Shown: piece after piece, positions 26,401 to 40,100 of the stretch
How the letters are laid out: each line of letters starts with the position of its first letter
Position numbering within the stretch: the stretch's first letter is position 1
Origin: Hydrurus foetidus
Taxonomy: Eukaryota
Direction: 5' to 3'
Length of the DNA: 58,916 bases
NCBI GenBank assembly: GCA_900617105.1
Contig: UYFQ01000724.1
Location: 1 to 58,916 of the forward strand
Position numbers and translations under genes: made by a program
The notes under the pieces: generated by a model
The model's database searches: none
What the model was told of the DNA's origin: nothing
What the model saw: only the letters and a program-made list of their open reading frames with translations

Positions 26401-29400
26401 ATGCAATGAAATGTTATATGATATGATGTGATGACATAGACCACGTTACATATGCAATGTGATGTCCTGTGATGTCCATAAAATGCGACGACTTGTGATG
26501 TGATGCAAACCACGTAACAATGCAATGCAATGTTATTTGATGCAATGTGAAATGATTTGATGTGATAAGATGTGATGTAATATGTAAATCAAGTGAGAAT
26601 GCGATGTGATGTCTTGTGATGTAATGTTATGTGATGTGATGTGATGTGATATAAATCAAGTTACATTGCAATGCGATGTGATGTGATGTGAATGAATGTG
26701 ATGTGATGTGATGTGATGTGACATGATATAGACCACGTTACAATGCAATGTGATGTGCTGTGGTACAATGTGATGTGATGTGATGTGATGTGATTTTTCA
26801 TGATATGATATAGACCACGTTACAATGCAATGTGATGCGACGTGATGAGATGTGATGTGATGTGATGTGATGTGATGTGGATGTGATGCGATGTCTTGTG
26901 ATGTGATATGATATAAATTAAGTTACAATACAATACAATGCGATGTCTTGTGATGTGATGCAAACCACCTTACAATGCAATGAAATGTCATATTATGTGA
27001 TGTGATATGATTGATGTGATATGATATGATATGATATGATATGATATGATATGATATGATATGATATAGACCACGTTACAATGCAATGTGATGCGACGTG
27101 ATGAGATGTGATGTGATGTGATGTGATGTGATGTGATGCGATGTGATGTGATGTGATGTGATATGATATGATATGAGTATATGTACGATACAATGCGATG
27201 TGATGTGATGTGATGCAAACCACCTTACAATGCAATGAAATGTTATATTATGTGATGTGATATGATTGATGTGATATGATATGATATGATATGATATGAT
27301 GTAGACCACGTTACAATGATATGTGATGCGACGTGATGAGATGTGATGTGATAATGTGATGTGATGTGATGATGCGATGTCATGTGATGTGATATGATAT
27401 AAATTAAGTTACGATACAATACAATGCGATGTCTTGTGATGTGATGCAAACCACCTTACAATGCATTGAAATGTTATATTATGTGATGTGATATGATATG
27501 ATTGATGTGATATGATATGATATGATGTGATATGATATGATATGATATAGACCACGTTACAATGCAATGTGATGCGACGTGATGAGATGTGATGTGATGT
27601 GATGTGATGTGATGTGATATTAATGATGTGTGATGCGATGTCTTGTGATGTGATATGATATAAATTAAGTTACAATACGATACAATGCGATGTCTTGTGA
27701 TGTGATGCAAACCACCTTACAATGCATTGAAATGTTATGTGATGTGATGTGATATGATATGATGTGATGTGATGTGATGTGATGTGATGTGATGTGATGT
27801 GATGTGATGTGATGTGATGTGATGATATGTGATGTGATGTGATGTGATGTGATGTGATGTGATGTGATGTGATGTGATGCGATGTGATGTGATGTGATAT
27901 GATATAAATTAAGTTACAATACGATACAATGCGATGTCTTGTTGTGATGTGATGCAAACCACCTTACAATGCAATGTGATGTGATGTGATGAGATGTGAT
28001 GTGATGCGATGTGATACGATGTCTTGTGATGTGATATGATATAAATTAAGTTACAATACAATACAATGCGATATGTGATGTAAACCACCTTACAATGCAT
28101 TGAAATGTTATATTATGTGATGTGATATGATGTGATGTGATGTGATATGATATGATATGATGATATGATATGATATGATATGATATGATATGATATAATG
28201 TGATGTGATATGATATAGACCACGTTACAATGCAATGTGATGCGACGTGATGAGATGTGATGTGATGTGATGTGATGTGGATGTGATGCGATGTGATGCG
28301 ATGTCTTGTGATGTGATGCAAACCACCTTACAATGCAATGTGATGCGACGTGATGAGATGTGATGTGATGTGGATGTGATGCGATGTCTTGTGATGTGAT
28401 ATGATATAAATTAAGTTACAATACAATACAATGCGATGTCTTGTGATGTGATGCAAACCACCTTACAATGCATTGAAATGTTATATTATGTGATGTGATA
28501 TGATTGATGTGATATGATATGATATGATATGATATGATATGATGTGATATGATATGATATGATATAGACCACGTTACAATGCAATGTGATGCGACGTGAT
28601 GAGATGTGATGTGATGTGATGTGATGTGATGTGATGTGATGTGATGTGATGCGATGTGATGCGATGTCTTGTGATGTGATATGATATAAATTAAGTTACA
28701 ATACGATACAATGCGATGTCTTGTGATGTGATGCAAACCACCTTACAATGCAATGTGATGCGACGTGATGAGATGTGATGTGATGTGGATGTGATGCGAT
28801 GTCTTGTGATGTGATATGATATAAATTAAGTTACAATACAATACAATGCGATGTCTTGTGATGTGATGCAAACCACCTTACAATGCATTGAAATGTTATA
28901 TTATGTGATGTGATATGATATGATATGATATGATATGATATGATATGATATGATATAGACCACGTTACAATGCAATGTGATGCGACGTGATGAGATGTGA
29001 TGTGATGTGATGTGATGTGGATGTGATGCGATGTGATGCGATGTCTTGTGATGTGATATGATATAAATTAAGTTACAATACAATACAATGCGATGTCTTG
29101 TGATGTGATGCAAACCACCTTACAATGCAATGAAATGTCATATTGTGTGATGTGATATGATTGATGTGATATGATATGATATGATATGATATGATATGAT
29201 ATGATATAGACCACGTTACAATGCAATGTGATGCGACGTGATGAGATGTAATGTGATGTGATGTGATGTGGATGTGATGTGATGTGATGTGGATGTGATG
29301 CGATGTCTTGTGATGTGATATGATATAAATTAAGTTACAATACAATGCGATGTCTTGTGATGTGATGCAAACCACCTTACAATGCAATGAAATGTCATAT

Positions 29401-32400
29401 TATGTGATGTGATAAGATATGATTGATGTGATATGATATGATATGATATGATATGAAATAGACCACGTTACAATGCAATGTGATGCGACGTGATGCGACG
29501 TGATGAGATGTGATGTGATGTGGATGTGATGCGATGTGATGCGATGTCTTGTGATGTGATATGATATAAATTATGTTACGATACAATACAATGCGATGTC
29601 TTGTGATGTGATGCAAACCACCTTACAATGCAATGAAATGTTATATTATGTGATGTGATATGATTGATGTGATATGATATGATATGATATGATATGATAT
29701 GATATGATATAGACCACGTTACAATGCAATGTGATGCGACGTGATGAGATGTGATGTGATGTGATGTGATGTGATGTGGATGTGATGCGATGTCTTGTGA
29801 TGTGATATGATATAAATTAAGTTACGATACAATACAATGCGATGTCTTGTGATGTGATGCAAACCACCTTACAATGCATTGAAATGTTATATTATGTGAT
29901 GTGATATGATATGATATGATATGATATGATATGATATAGACCACGTTACAATGCAATGTGATGCGACGTGATGAGATGTGATGTGATGTGATGTGATGTG
30001 ATGTGGATGTGATGCGATGTCTTGTGATGTGATATGATATAAATTAAGTTACAATACAATACAATGCGATGTCTTGTGATGTGATGCAAACCACCTTACA
30101 ATGCATTGAAATGTTATATTATGTTATGTGATATGATATGATATGATATGATATGATATAGACCACGTTACAATGCAATGTGATGCGACGTGATGAGATG
30201 TGATGTGATGTGATGTGATGTGGATGTGATGCGATGTGATGCGATGTGATGTGATATGATATGTTATAATAAAATTGAATGTCATGTGATACAATGCGAT
30301 GTCTTGTGATGTGATGCAAACCACCTTACAATGCATTGAAATGTTATATTATGTGATGTGATATGATATGATTGATGTGATATGATATGATATGATATGA
30401 TATAGACCACGTTACAATGCAATGTGATGCGACGTGATGAGATGTGATGTGATGTGATGTGATGTGATGTGATGCGATGTGATGCGATGTCTTGTGATGT
30501 GATATGATATAAATTAAGTTACAATACGATACAATGCGATGTCTTGTGATGTGATGCAAACCACCTTACAATGCAATGTGATGCGACGTGATGAGATGTG
30601 ATGTGATGTGATGTGATGCGATGTCTTGTGATGTGATATGATATAAATTAAGTTACAATACAATACAATGCGATGTCTTGTGATGTGATGCAAACCACCT
30701 TACAATGCATTGAAATGTTATATTATGTGATGTGATATGATTGATGTGATATGATATGATATGATATGATATGATATGATATGATATGATATGATATGAT
30801 ATGATATAGACCACGTTACAATGCAATGTGATGCGACGTGATGAGATGTGATGTGATGTGATGTGGATGTGATGCGATGTGATGCGATGTCTTGTGATGT
30901 GATATGATATAAATTAAGTTACAATACAATACAATGCGATGTCTTGTGATGTGATGCAAACCACCTTACAATGCATTGAAATGTTATATTATGTGATGTG
31001 ATATGATATGATATGATATGATATGATATAGACCACGTAACAATGCAATGTGATGCGACGTGATGAGATGAGATGTGATGTGATGTGATGTGATGTGGAT
31101 GTGATGCGATGTGATGCGATGTCTTGTGATGTGATATGATATAAATTAATTTACAATACAATACAATGCGATGTCTTGTGATGTGATGCAAACCACCTTA
31201 CAATGCAATGAAATGTTATATTGTGTGATGTGATATGATTGATGTGATATGATATGATATGATATGATATGATATGATATGATATGATATGATATGATAT
31301 GATATAGACCACGTTACAATGCAATGTGATGCGACGTGATGAGATGTGATGTGATGTGATGTGATGTGATGTGATGTGGATGTGATGCGATGTCTTGTGA
31401 TGTGATATGATATAAATTAAGTTACAATACAATGCGATGTCTTGTGATGTGATGCAAACCACCTTACAATGCAATGAAATGTTATATTATGTGATGTGAT
31501 AAGATATGATTGATGTGATATGATATGATATGATATGATATGATATATGATGATATGAAATAGACCACGTTACAATGCAATGTGATGCGACGTGATGAGA
31601 TGTGATGTGATGTGATGTGATGATGTGATGTGATGTACGATGTGATGCGATGTCTTGTGATGTGATATGATATAAATTAAGTTACAATACAATACAATGC
31701 GATGTCTTGTGATGTGATGCAAACCACCTTACAATGCATTGAAATGTTATATTATGTGATGTGATATGATATGATATGATATGATATGATATGATATGAT
31801 ATGATATAGACCACGTTACAATGCAATGTGATGCGACGTGATGAGATGTGATGTGATGTGATGTGATGTGGATGTGATGCGATGTGATGCGATGTCTTGT
31901 GATGTGATATGATATAAATTAAGTTACAATACAATACAATGCGATGTCTTGTGATGTGATGCAAACCACCTTACAATGCATTGAAATGTTATATTATGTG
32001 ATGTGATATGATTGATGTGATATGATATGATATGATATAGACCACGTTACAATGCAATGTGATGCGACGTGATGAGATGTGATGTGATGTGATGTGATGT
32101 GATGTGGATGTGATGTGATGTGGATGTGATGCGATGTCTTGTGATGTGATATGATTGATGTGATGTGATATGATATGATATGATATGATATAGACCACGT
32201 TACAATGCAATGTGATGCGACGTGATGAGATGTGATGTGATGTGATGTGATGTGATGCGATGTCTTGTGATGTGATATGATTGATGTGATGTGATATGAT
32301 ATGATATGATATGATATAGACCACGTAACAATGCAATGTGATGCGACGTGATGAGATGTGATGTGATGTGATGTGATGTGGATGTGATGTGATGTGGATG

Positions 32401-33692
32401 TGATGCGATGTCTTGTGATGTGATATGATATAAATTAAGTTACAATACAATACAATGCGATGTCTTGTGATGTGATGCAAACCACCTTACAATGCATTGA
32501 AATGTTATATTATGTGATGTGATATGATTGATGTGATATGATATGATATGATATAGACCACGTTACAATGCAATGTGATGCGACGTGATGAGATGTGATG
32601 TGATGTGATGTGATGTGATGTGATGCGATGTCTTGTGATGTGATATGATATAAATTAAGTTACAATACGATACAATGCGATGTCTTGTGATGTGATGCAA
32701 ACCACCTTACAATGCAATGAAATGTTATATTATGTTATGTGATATGATTGATGTGATATGATATGATATGATATAGACCACGTTACAATGCAATGTGATG
32801 CGCTGTGATACAAAGTGAAATGATTTGATGTGATGTGATGTTTTATGATGTGATGTTTTATGATGTGATATAAATAAAGATTCAGTACAATCTTATATTA
32901 TGTGATGTGATGTTTTGTGATGCGATGTGATGTGATGTGATGTGATAGGAGCCAAATTACAATGCAATGCACTGTGATGTGATGTAAATTAAGTTACAAT
33001 AAAAGCGATGTCTTGTGATGTGATGCAAACCACGTTACAATGCAATGCAATTTTCTGTTCTGTGATATGATATGATATGATGTGATGTGATGTGATGTGA
33101 TGTGATGTGATGTAAATCAAGTGACAATGCAATACAATGTGATGTGATATGATATGACATAGACCACGTTACAATGCAATGTGATGTCCTGTGATGTCCA
33201 TAAAATGCGACGACTTGTGATGTGATGCAAACCACGTAACAATGCAATGCAATGTTATTTGATGCAATGTGAAATGAGTGATGTAATATGATGTGATGTA
33301 AATCAAGTGAGAATGCGATGTGATGTCTTGTGATGTAATGTTATGTGATGTGATGTGATGTGATATAAATCAAGTTACATTGCAATGCGATGTGATGTGA
33401 TGTGATGTGATGTAATGTGATGTGACATGATATAGACCACGTTACAATGCAATGTGATGTGCTGTGGTACAATGTGATGTGATGTGATGTGATGTGATTT
33501 TTCATGATATGATATAGACCACGTTACAATGCAATGTGATATGATGCAGTAAAAGTCACGATACCATACAATATATTGTGATGTGATGTAATGTACTGTA
33601 CTGTAATGTGATGTGATATAGACCACGTTACAATGCAATGCGATGTGATGTGGTGCAATGTGATGTGATGTGATATGATATAAACCACATTA
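14406..33692. repeat. Complex satellite array of about 19.3 kb built from NNNAT pentamers (GTGAT, ATGAT, GCAAT, ACAAT, GCGAT) punctuated by GACCACGTTACAAT-type boxes
   Basis: Directly visible; single orientation throughout, C-poor + strand; several sub-arrays with distinct higher-order units. Confidence 0.98.
16520..21420. repeat. Sub-array dominated by a 156-bp higher-order repeat
   Basis: GGACCACG anchors at 20315, 20471 and 20627 (spacing 156); the same unit appears as a 52-aa repeat in the spurious minus-strand ORFs. Confidence 0.93.
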
Positions 33693-33843
33693 CTAGATGT
33701 CTTCATGCTATGGACTTGTCTAATCTATTAATGATGCTGTTACTGGCTTATCATCAAAAATTGCATATGTTGATTGAGATGACTTGTTTAGATGCTGCCT
33801 GTACGATCTGGTTGAATCATATTTGTCACTGTAATCACATCTG

Positions 33844-33926
33844 TTGCGCCTCTGTAAGCCGATAGTTCTACCGCATATCACAAAAGCAGGGGTATGTGGT
33901 AGAACTATCGGCTTCCAGAGGCGCAA
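33844..33926 (+). other. 83-nt hairpin (36-bp stem, 11-nt loop), candidate structured RNA or transposon-derived palindrome
   Basis: TTGCGCCTCTGTAAGCCGATAGTTCTACCGCATATC pairs with GGTATGTGGTAGAACTATCGGCTTCCAGAGGCGCAA, with 1 mismatch and 2 G-U pairs. Confidence 0.85.
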
Positions 33927-34445
33927 GCGCTGAGCTCTACATTGTCTTACATCTGTATATTGTTTCGATGCCACATTAGCAATGTGAAGAATAGCCGTTG
34001 TAACAATGTACTGTCAAAATTACCCTATTATCACTCGTTGAAAACAGATTTACAACTAAAATCATGATTCAATCTTCAGTTTTGTTATAATCTGGCAGTC
34101 AGAATCGTTTACTTTTGCGGTGAAGTCACTATATTTCGCTGCGGTTCCGGTATAAATTCGACTTTTCTCACTTGCTTTACCCCCGATCATTCACTATCCC
34201 TTAATTATCATGCCCACTGGAGGTGCGGGCACAACTATCTCTGATTTTATCTATCCATTATTTTGCAGTCCCCTTAAAGGCCCGAACAGAACCTCAGTTT
34301 CCTCATAAACTGACAGGTAATTTTCTACGGCGAAGCGCTTGACTTTGTAGACGTTCTTCAACACCGCCCAAACTTCATCCTCATCTTCTTCTGTCCATAC
34401 TATCGTACCTTCGCAGAAAAATCCTCACCTAGGCCACTGCCGAAG

Positions 34446-35423
34446 TTGCCTGCGACAACAAGCACTTTTAGTCGCCTGAGCAAGGCACCACCACCAACCT
34501 TGCTAACGGCAAAAAATGTAGTGTTCAGTGACTCGAATGGAGGAACGGGTACCCAGAAAAGTGGGAGTGCAGCTGCTTTCGAGAGATTGGAGCAGCAGTC
34601 TCTCAAAGAAAAGCCATCGACTTCGCTGTTGAAAGTAACAGAAGAAGAACTCTGCACTAGCGACTTCATCATCTTTCATGTTAAGTTCGACTGCAGTACA
34701 GCTTCACAAGCTGTGACAGGACTTGTTATCGAAGGTGCCAAGGGAACAACGAAAGAAGTACTCGAGTACCATGGTAGAAGTGAAGACCTTCAACTCCTGA
34801 AGGTAGGCGACTATCTTCTGTCGATAGACGGTAATGATGTAAAGGATATGAGCATGATCGGTCTTTCTAACTTCCTCCAAAGAAGAATAGAACACAAGAT
34901 GCTACTCTGTAAAGGTTACCAACCTGAGAGAATCTCTTTTGGAAGACGCTATGTGAAAATGTCTTTCAGACGGAAATCCATCTTGCTCACAAAACACAAG
35001 ACTTCCAAACCTATCATTGACAAGTCGAAGAAAAGAGAATTGGATAGGATGAGTCTATCTGTCGACGAAGGAACCCATTCAAGTTCAAGTGCGAAAAGAT
35101 CAAAAGTACCACAAACCGTCAATAACTATTCGAGTACGCGCCAGATCAACCAAAATGCGCCAGAAGGCGACTTCCTGGGCAGTTCCAGCCCTATTATCGA
35201 CGACGGTCTCTCGGCACTAGACGAGGAAATCTGTCTAATAAAGAGAATGAAGGTCGGCTGCCGAATCTTCCTGGATGATCACCCCGCAGAAGTTCTCGAA
35301 ATCGATATTGAGACACTCCGTATCAACGTTCGGTGGGCCAGTGGCCAAAAAGGATGGATCAGCATTGATGCCGATAGAATGCTACTTCAAGAAGATATCG
35401 TTTACAGGCCTAGGAGAAGATAA
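34446..35423 (+). CDS. Hypothetical protein with a PDZ-like segment and a C-terminal SH3/Tudor-like barrel; true start unknown
   Basis: LLKVGDYLLSIDGNDVKDMS matches the PDZ 'L.vGD.Il.InG..v' pattern; MKVGCRIF...AEVLEID...INVRWASG...WI is Tudor/KOW-like; 325 open codons. Confidence 0.6.
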   Translation: MPATTSTFSRLSKAPPPTLLTAKNVVFSDSNGGTGTQKSGSAAAFERLEQQSLKEKPSTSLLKVTEEELCTSDFIIFHVKFDCSTASQAVTGLVIEGAKGTTKEVLEYHGRSEDLQLLKVGDYLLSIDGNDVKDMSMIGLSNFLQRRIEHKMLLCKGYQPERISFGRRYVKMSFRRKSILLTKHKTSKPIIDKSKKRELDRMSLSVDEGTHSSSSAKRSKVPQTVNNYSSTRQINQNAPEGDFLGSSSPIIDDGLSALDEEICLIKRMKVGCRIFLDDHPAEVLEIDIETLRINVRWASGQKGWISIDADRMLLQEDIVYRPRRR

Positions 35424-37149
35424 ATCCCAAAGTGTTCTTAACACTGCAGTCACAATATTAATATTTGACCACCGCGTTGCAGCCAAAAGTCACTGTTTTG
35501 TATATAGTTTCCTGGGTCGACTAGAAGTCCGCTTGTGCCACTTAAGGATTAGAAAATTGTGTGTGACTAAAATGACACATTTGGGTAATCTCTTATATAA
35601 TAAATCACAAATTTACCACAGGAACGGAACTTCCTACTTAGTACGATTTATAAGAAAATATAGTACTACTTAATTATAGCAATACAATAGCCCATGTAAC
35701 TTTAAATAATGAGTTAGAAGTCCAAAATCGAAACAACCAGATTTTCTACTGTTTCAATCCTTATCAGCTGGATTTGAAAATAAAAAATTTGATCTTAATT
35801 GACAGATTTACTGTCAAATCACAGGACGCAAAGAATTAATATTATACTGTTTGAATTAAACAATCATTATTGAAATTTTAAAGCAAGGCGATTAGCATCA
35901 GCAGCGATACTCCGTCAGTTTTCTGAATCTCTCATACAGATCAAAAGTAAAGTAGGTCAAATTTGTGTAGAAGTTCCTTTGACTTAAGCTTAAAGGTAAA
36001 GCCAGCGGCATGTAATGATGACTGTCTTACCTGAGGTCTTATTCTCTTTGACATTCCTCTATAATTGCTGAACGTTGTGCACTAGATTTTCAGAATATCG
36101 TAGAAGGGTATGCTGGTATGCGGTTTGTAACAAGTTGTGGTATCAATTACAACTAAAGGAAGTGCGGCAAATGCAAAGCGGAACCTAAATCTATCTTGCA
36201 CGGAATCTTGCAGTCATCGTCTTCGGTTGATGGGCACTTTACAAGGTAGATCGGATGCAGATCATGAATTTGAAGGTTCTTGGACCAGGGATCAAAATCA
36301 GGACCTAGTTTAAGGTCTTGACTCCACAATTCTTCTCAAAAGTTACCACACACACTAGGCTCCCTAATTCTCCCTTCAGTGACAAGGTTCAACTGCGTTT
36401 CGTCCCTTTTAAATTAATTAATCTACGATGGGTGCGGTCACATTGCTATAGTTATCCCTTTACTTCCCAGTCTAGTCCTTTAAAATACAAACATTCAAAC
36501 GACCAAAAAGAAAACAAAAAGTATTTAAAATGGTAGGCATTGTTGGTTACGGGGTTAATAGATCTCAGCACACTGTTACGACACTCGGCACTGTCAGAAA
36601 GTATAGATACGCTGTCTGCAATTGGTGAAAGGAAACATGATAACCGATCTCAAATCTCGTTGACTTTATTTCCTCGGCGATAGAGTATGCACCGTTCATT
36701 CACTCTGCGGAGAACCTGCACAAGCGTCTGCGAGCTACCACCCATTCTCAAACTTACATGCAACGTATTATCTTGAGATCGGCATCTTCAGTTCGTATCA
36801 TAATGGTTGATGTTACAGTATAGACCACTTAAAAAAAATCACAAGCCAACAAGCCAGAGTCACTGAACATATAAATAATTTACCACATATTCCGGTCATA
36901 CGTATTCATATACCATTGAGTGCCAACTTATTTGTTTTTCAATTGGAAGAAAGATTCACTTTGTCAAAAAAAATGAAACGGAGACTGTTCCAGAAAATCT
37001 ATCTCCATCGATACTAGGTTTATCAAGATCTGATGACGGATTCGGATTAAGCTCAATATTTTACACCAGACTGCTTATATAAAATGTGTTCGCATCTTTA
37101 TCAAAATAATTATCGCGATCACCAGGTACCGAACACGTCAAAAATGCTA

Positions 37150-40100
37150 CATAAAATGCCATATAAATGACGAACTTCTGCAATTAAGGCATGACTGTCA
37201 TACAATGTATTTCGCAGCTACCTGTTAGGAATTCGAATTTTGTTGAAAAGTTGAGTTTGGATCAGCGGCCTATTATCCGTTAAGGACAGCATGATCAATA
37301 CATATTCTGCGATAGCAAAATTTGTTTTAGCTGGAGGCAAGCATCACGAGCTTAATCTGGTACTTCTTATCCCATTATTAATGACTTGACTTGTGTGGCT
37401 AAATAATTTCCTTCTATCGAAGATATAGCTATTGTGCGACATCGAACATGTGATATTGGGTAGGATTGCAATTGTAGGCCATACGAAGTTTACACCGCTT
37501 TACATTGGTTGAAGACACGTAGTAGAATTAGCTTGGGGTGACGATTTGTCATTGTGGGAAAATACGCATTCCTTCTCACATATTCCGTTTATTGGGACTA
37601 TTGATGAAGAATTGAACGATATCAGTGCCGGTCCAGATGATGGCGTTGAAGCATCGGATGAATTTAATACTAATTCCGGTGATTCTGATGTATTGTATAT
37701 TATTGACTATTTTAGTATCATGATAGCATCATTTTAGTTTTTCTTATTTGTATCTTCATATCGTAGGATCTGGTGGCAAGGAAAGTGACGTTTTACTTGA
37801 AACTCCTGAATTTTTTTTTGCTTCTAGAGCTTTGATAGATCAATCTCAGTCACCTGTCGAAAGATCGAACATTCATGAATTTGTCTGTCAATTTAAGAAT
37901 CCCAACAATTACTTGTCTCGATTTTTTGCTTCATTATATCCATATGGTAGGGGTTCTTAAGGATATAGAAAAATACTGATCATGTGCTGTGTATTAGGGG
38001 CGGACCTAACCCTAGAAGATTTCAACAGTCATCCAAAATTATCTTTACTATGTACACTATGCAGATGAAACGGAAGTTAGGTGGTGTTGCATATGTTGCT
38101 CAAAAGAAAAATTCTGATGGGTCTGTAGGAGAGAGAGAGGAATTGCCTAACACACATGATATCAATAAATTGTTGAATTATCAGGATGAAAAAGTGAAGT
38201 CTTCTGTGTCAGAGGTGCGCAAAACTTATGGCTATGATTCCGTCTTCTATTATTAATAAGTCAGGACTATGGAAATTGATCTTTATTTTAGCTCCTTCAG
38301 ATTTTTATCAAAGTAGATTTTATGAGTTAGTACAGAGTCCTGTTATAATCTGTCATCCTGGAGATAGAGATATCAGAAGGTGAACATTACAATTATTTTT
38401 TGTGATTACTTATCCTTTTGTTGGGCTATGGCCATGGATGCATCTACCAGGTTGGATCTTCTAAGGAATCATTCAGCTATAGCTGCAAGATCATTTGATT
38501 TTAAACAAGGTTGTACATGGTGAATGTAAGATTATTACTGACTATTGGAGGAGAGTCACGGTAATTATGCGTTTTTTCTACTTTCATTCGGTATTATTAT
38601 TGATGATTATGTTTGTTCTTATCGTATTTTCTTTTATGTTTCTTATCTTATCTTATTCAATCTAATTTTGTTTTTCATTTACGGTATCAGGCAAGGGGTA
38701 CACCTCATGAACATAGTTTTTCATGCATATCCAATACTAATTGTATCGTATCATCAACTACTGACAGTAATGATATTGATAGGCCGCAAAAAGTTGAGAA
38801 CTATGTCAAAGACAACTTTATTAATGGAGTTGATGACATTGACTTGGAAGGGGATGAAGAAGAGATCATTAAGAAACGTGCTGGAGAAATTGGTTTTCTG
38901 TGGAATATCCAACGGATTATCTTGAAGATTCTACACATCCATGTAGGGAACCCTTGACAGAAGTGCAGATGATTCTTTCACAGAAGCTCAGCGTCATTAT
39001 CGTCGTATCCAAATTGCCACACAATTTCATAGATGTTGTTTCAGTTCCTTTACGTACTGTTTTAAGTGACATGAAATGTGTCTGTTTCCATGGGTTATAG
39101 ATGGGCGCATTATCGAGCCTATTATACGTAGAGATCGTGATAGGAAGAGCCGTATCAGGGTGTCACTTCTACCTCAGCGGAATAATGCATACCTTAATGA
39201 AACTCTCCATAGTCTATTGTTAACTATTGCTCATAGTGATTATTATAATATTCAATATATTGGTAATACGGTTGGTGCGGCAGAATATGTTGCTAAAGCA
39301 GAAGAACCTGATCAAAAATTAATGACTAATATTTATGCTCAGAAAATATCTCATATTGTGGATAATGGTTCATTATTACCAACAGGGAACGTATATATGC
39401 TGTTGGTAGTGCTACTTTTGGTAGTAGCCCAGTTGGTTCACTTCAGGCATGCCATTTTTTGTTGGGACTAAAAGTCGCTAAGTCTCCTAGGATTGCGGTG
39501 AATCTGAATCCCTTACCCCGTAAGTTTATACTTCTTGAATATTTTATACTTCTTGAATATTTTTATTTAGATATCGTATCTCATCTTTTCTTATCATATC
39601 AGGTGATGAGCTTAATGAAGGTCTGAAAACAAGATTGGATGTTAATAGCCAAATTAAGGACACAGATAAAGCTGTAGAATCTGGATTAAACTCTGCATTA
39701 GGGAAATGCAATGCACATGAAATTTTAGTTATTCAACAAAGAGAATCACTTGAAGGTACCTGTAACGTGACATTATTCTCCCTCATAACATCTTTCTGTC
39801 TATTCCTTTCAAAAGGAAAGTCCAGCTCCACCATCACTTTTAGTAAGTTCTGATGGCATCATACATAATTCACCTCTCACAAACAAGTTTATGGTCGGAG
39901 GTGTTATCTCTATAAGATTGAAAGAGGACTGTGATGTGAACCACTGTCCCGTACACATGTTAACGACTTCGATGAAAGGTCATATTTTTCAACTTCATAT
40001 ATCCCATGGCCTGTCTTAGACGAATATGATGTTCTTAGGGGACACCCTAGTGCTACTGAGAGCTCATTAAATTTCAAATTAGAGAATGAAATAACTGGGT

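Noticed and set aside
14406..33692. CRISPR-like array (constant GACCACGTTACAAT with variable spacers)
   Set aside because: The spacers are themselves repetitive pentamers of irregular length, there are no cas genes, and the context is eukaryotic
14406..33692. Telomeric array
   Set aside because: No TTAGGG/TTTAGGG-type unit, and the array is internal with complex sequence on both sides
14594..33706. Dozens of His/Ile/Thr/Ser-rich minus-strand ORFs
   Set aside because: They are translations of (ACATC)n-type satellite that happen to lack stops; there is no coding signal
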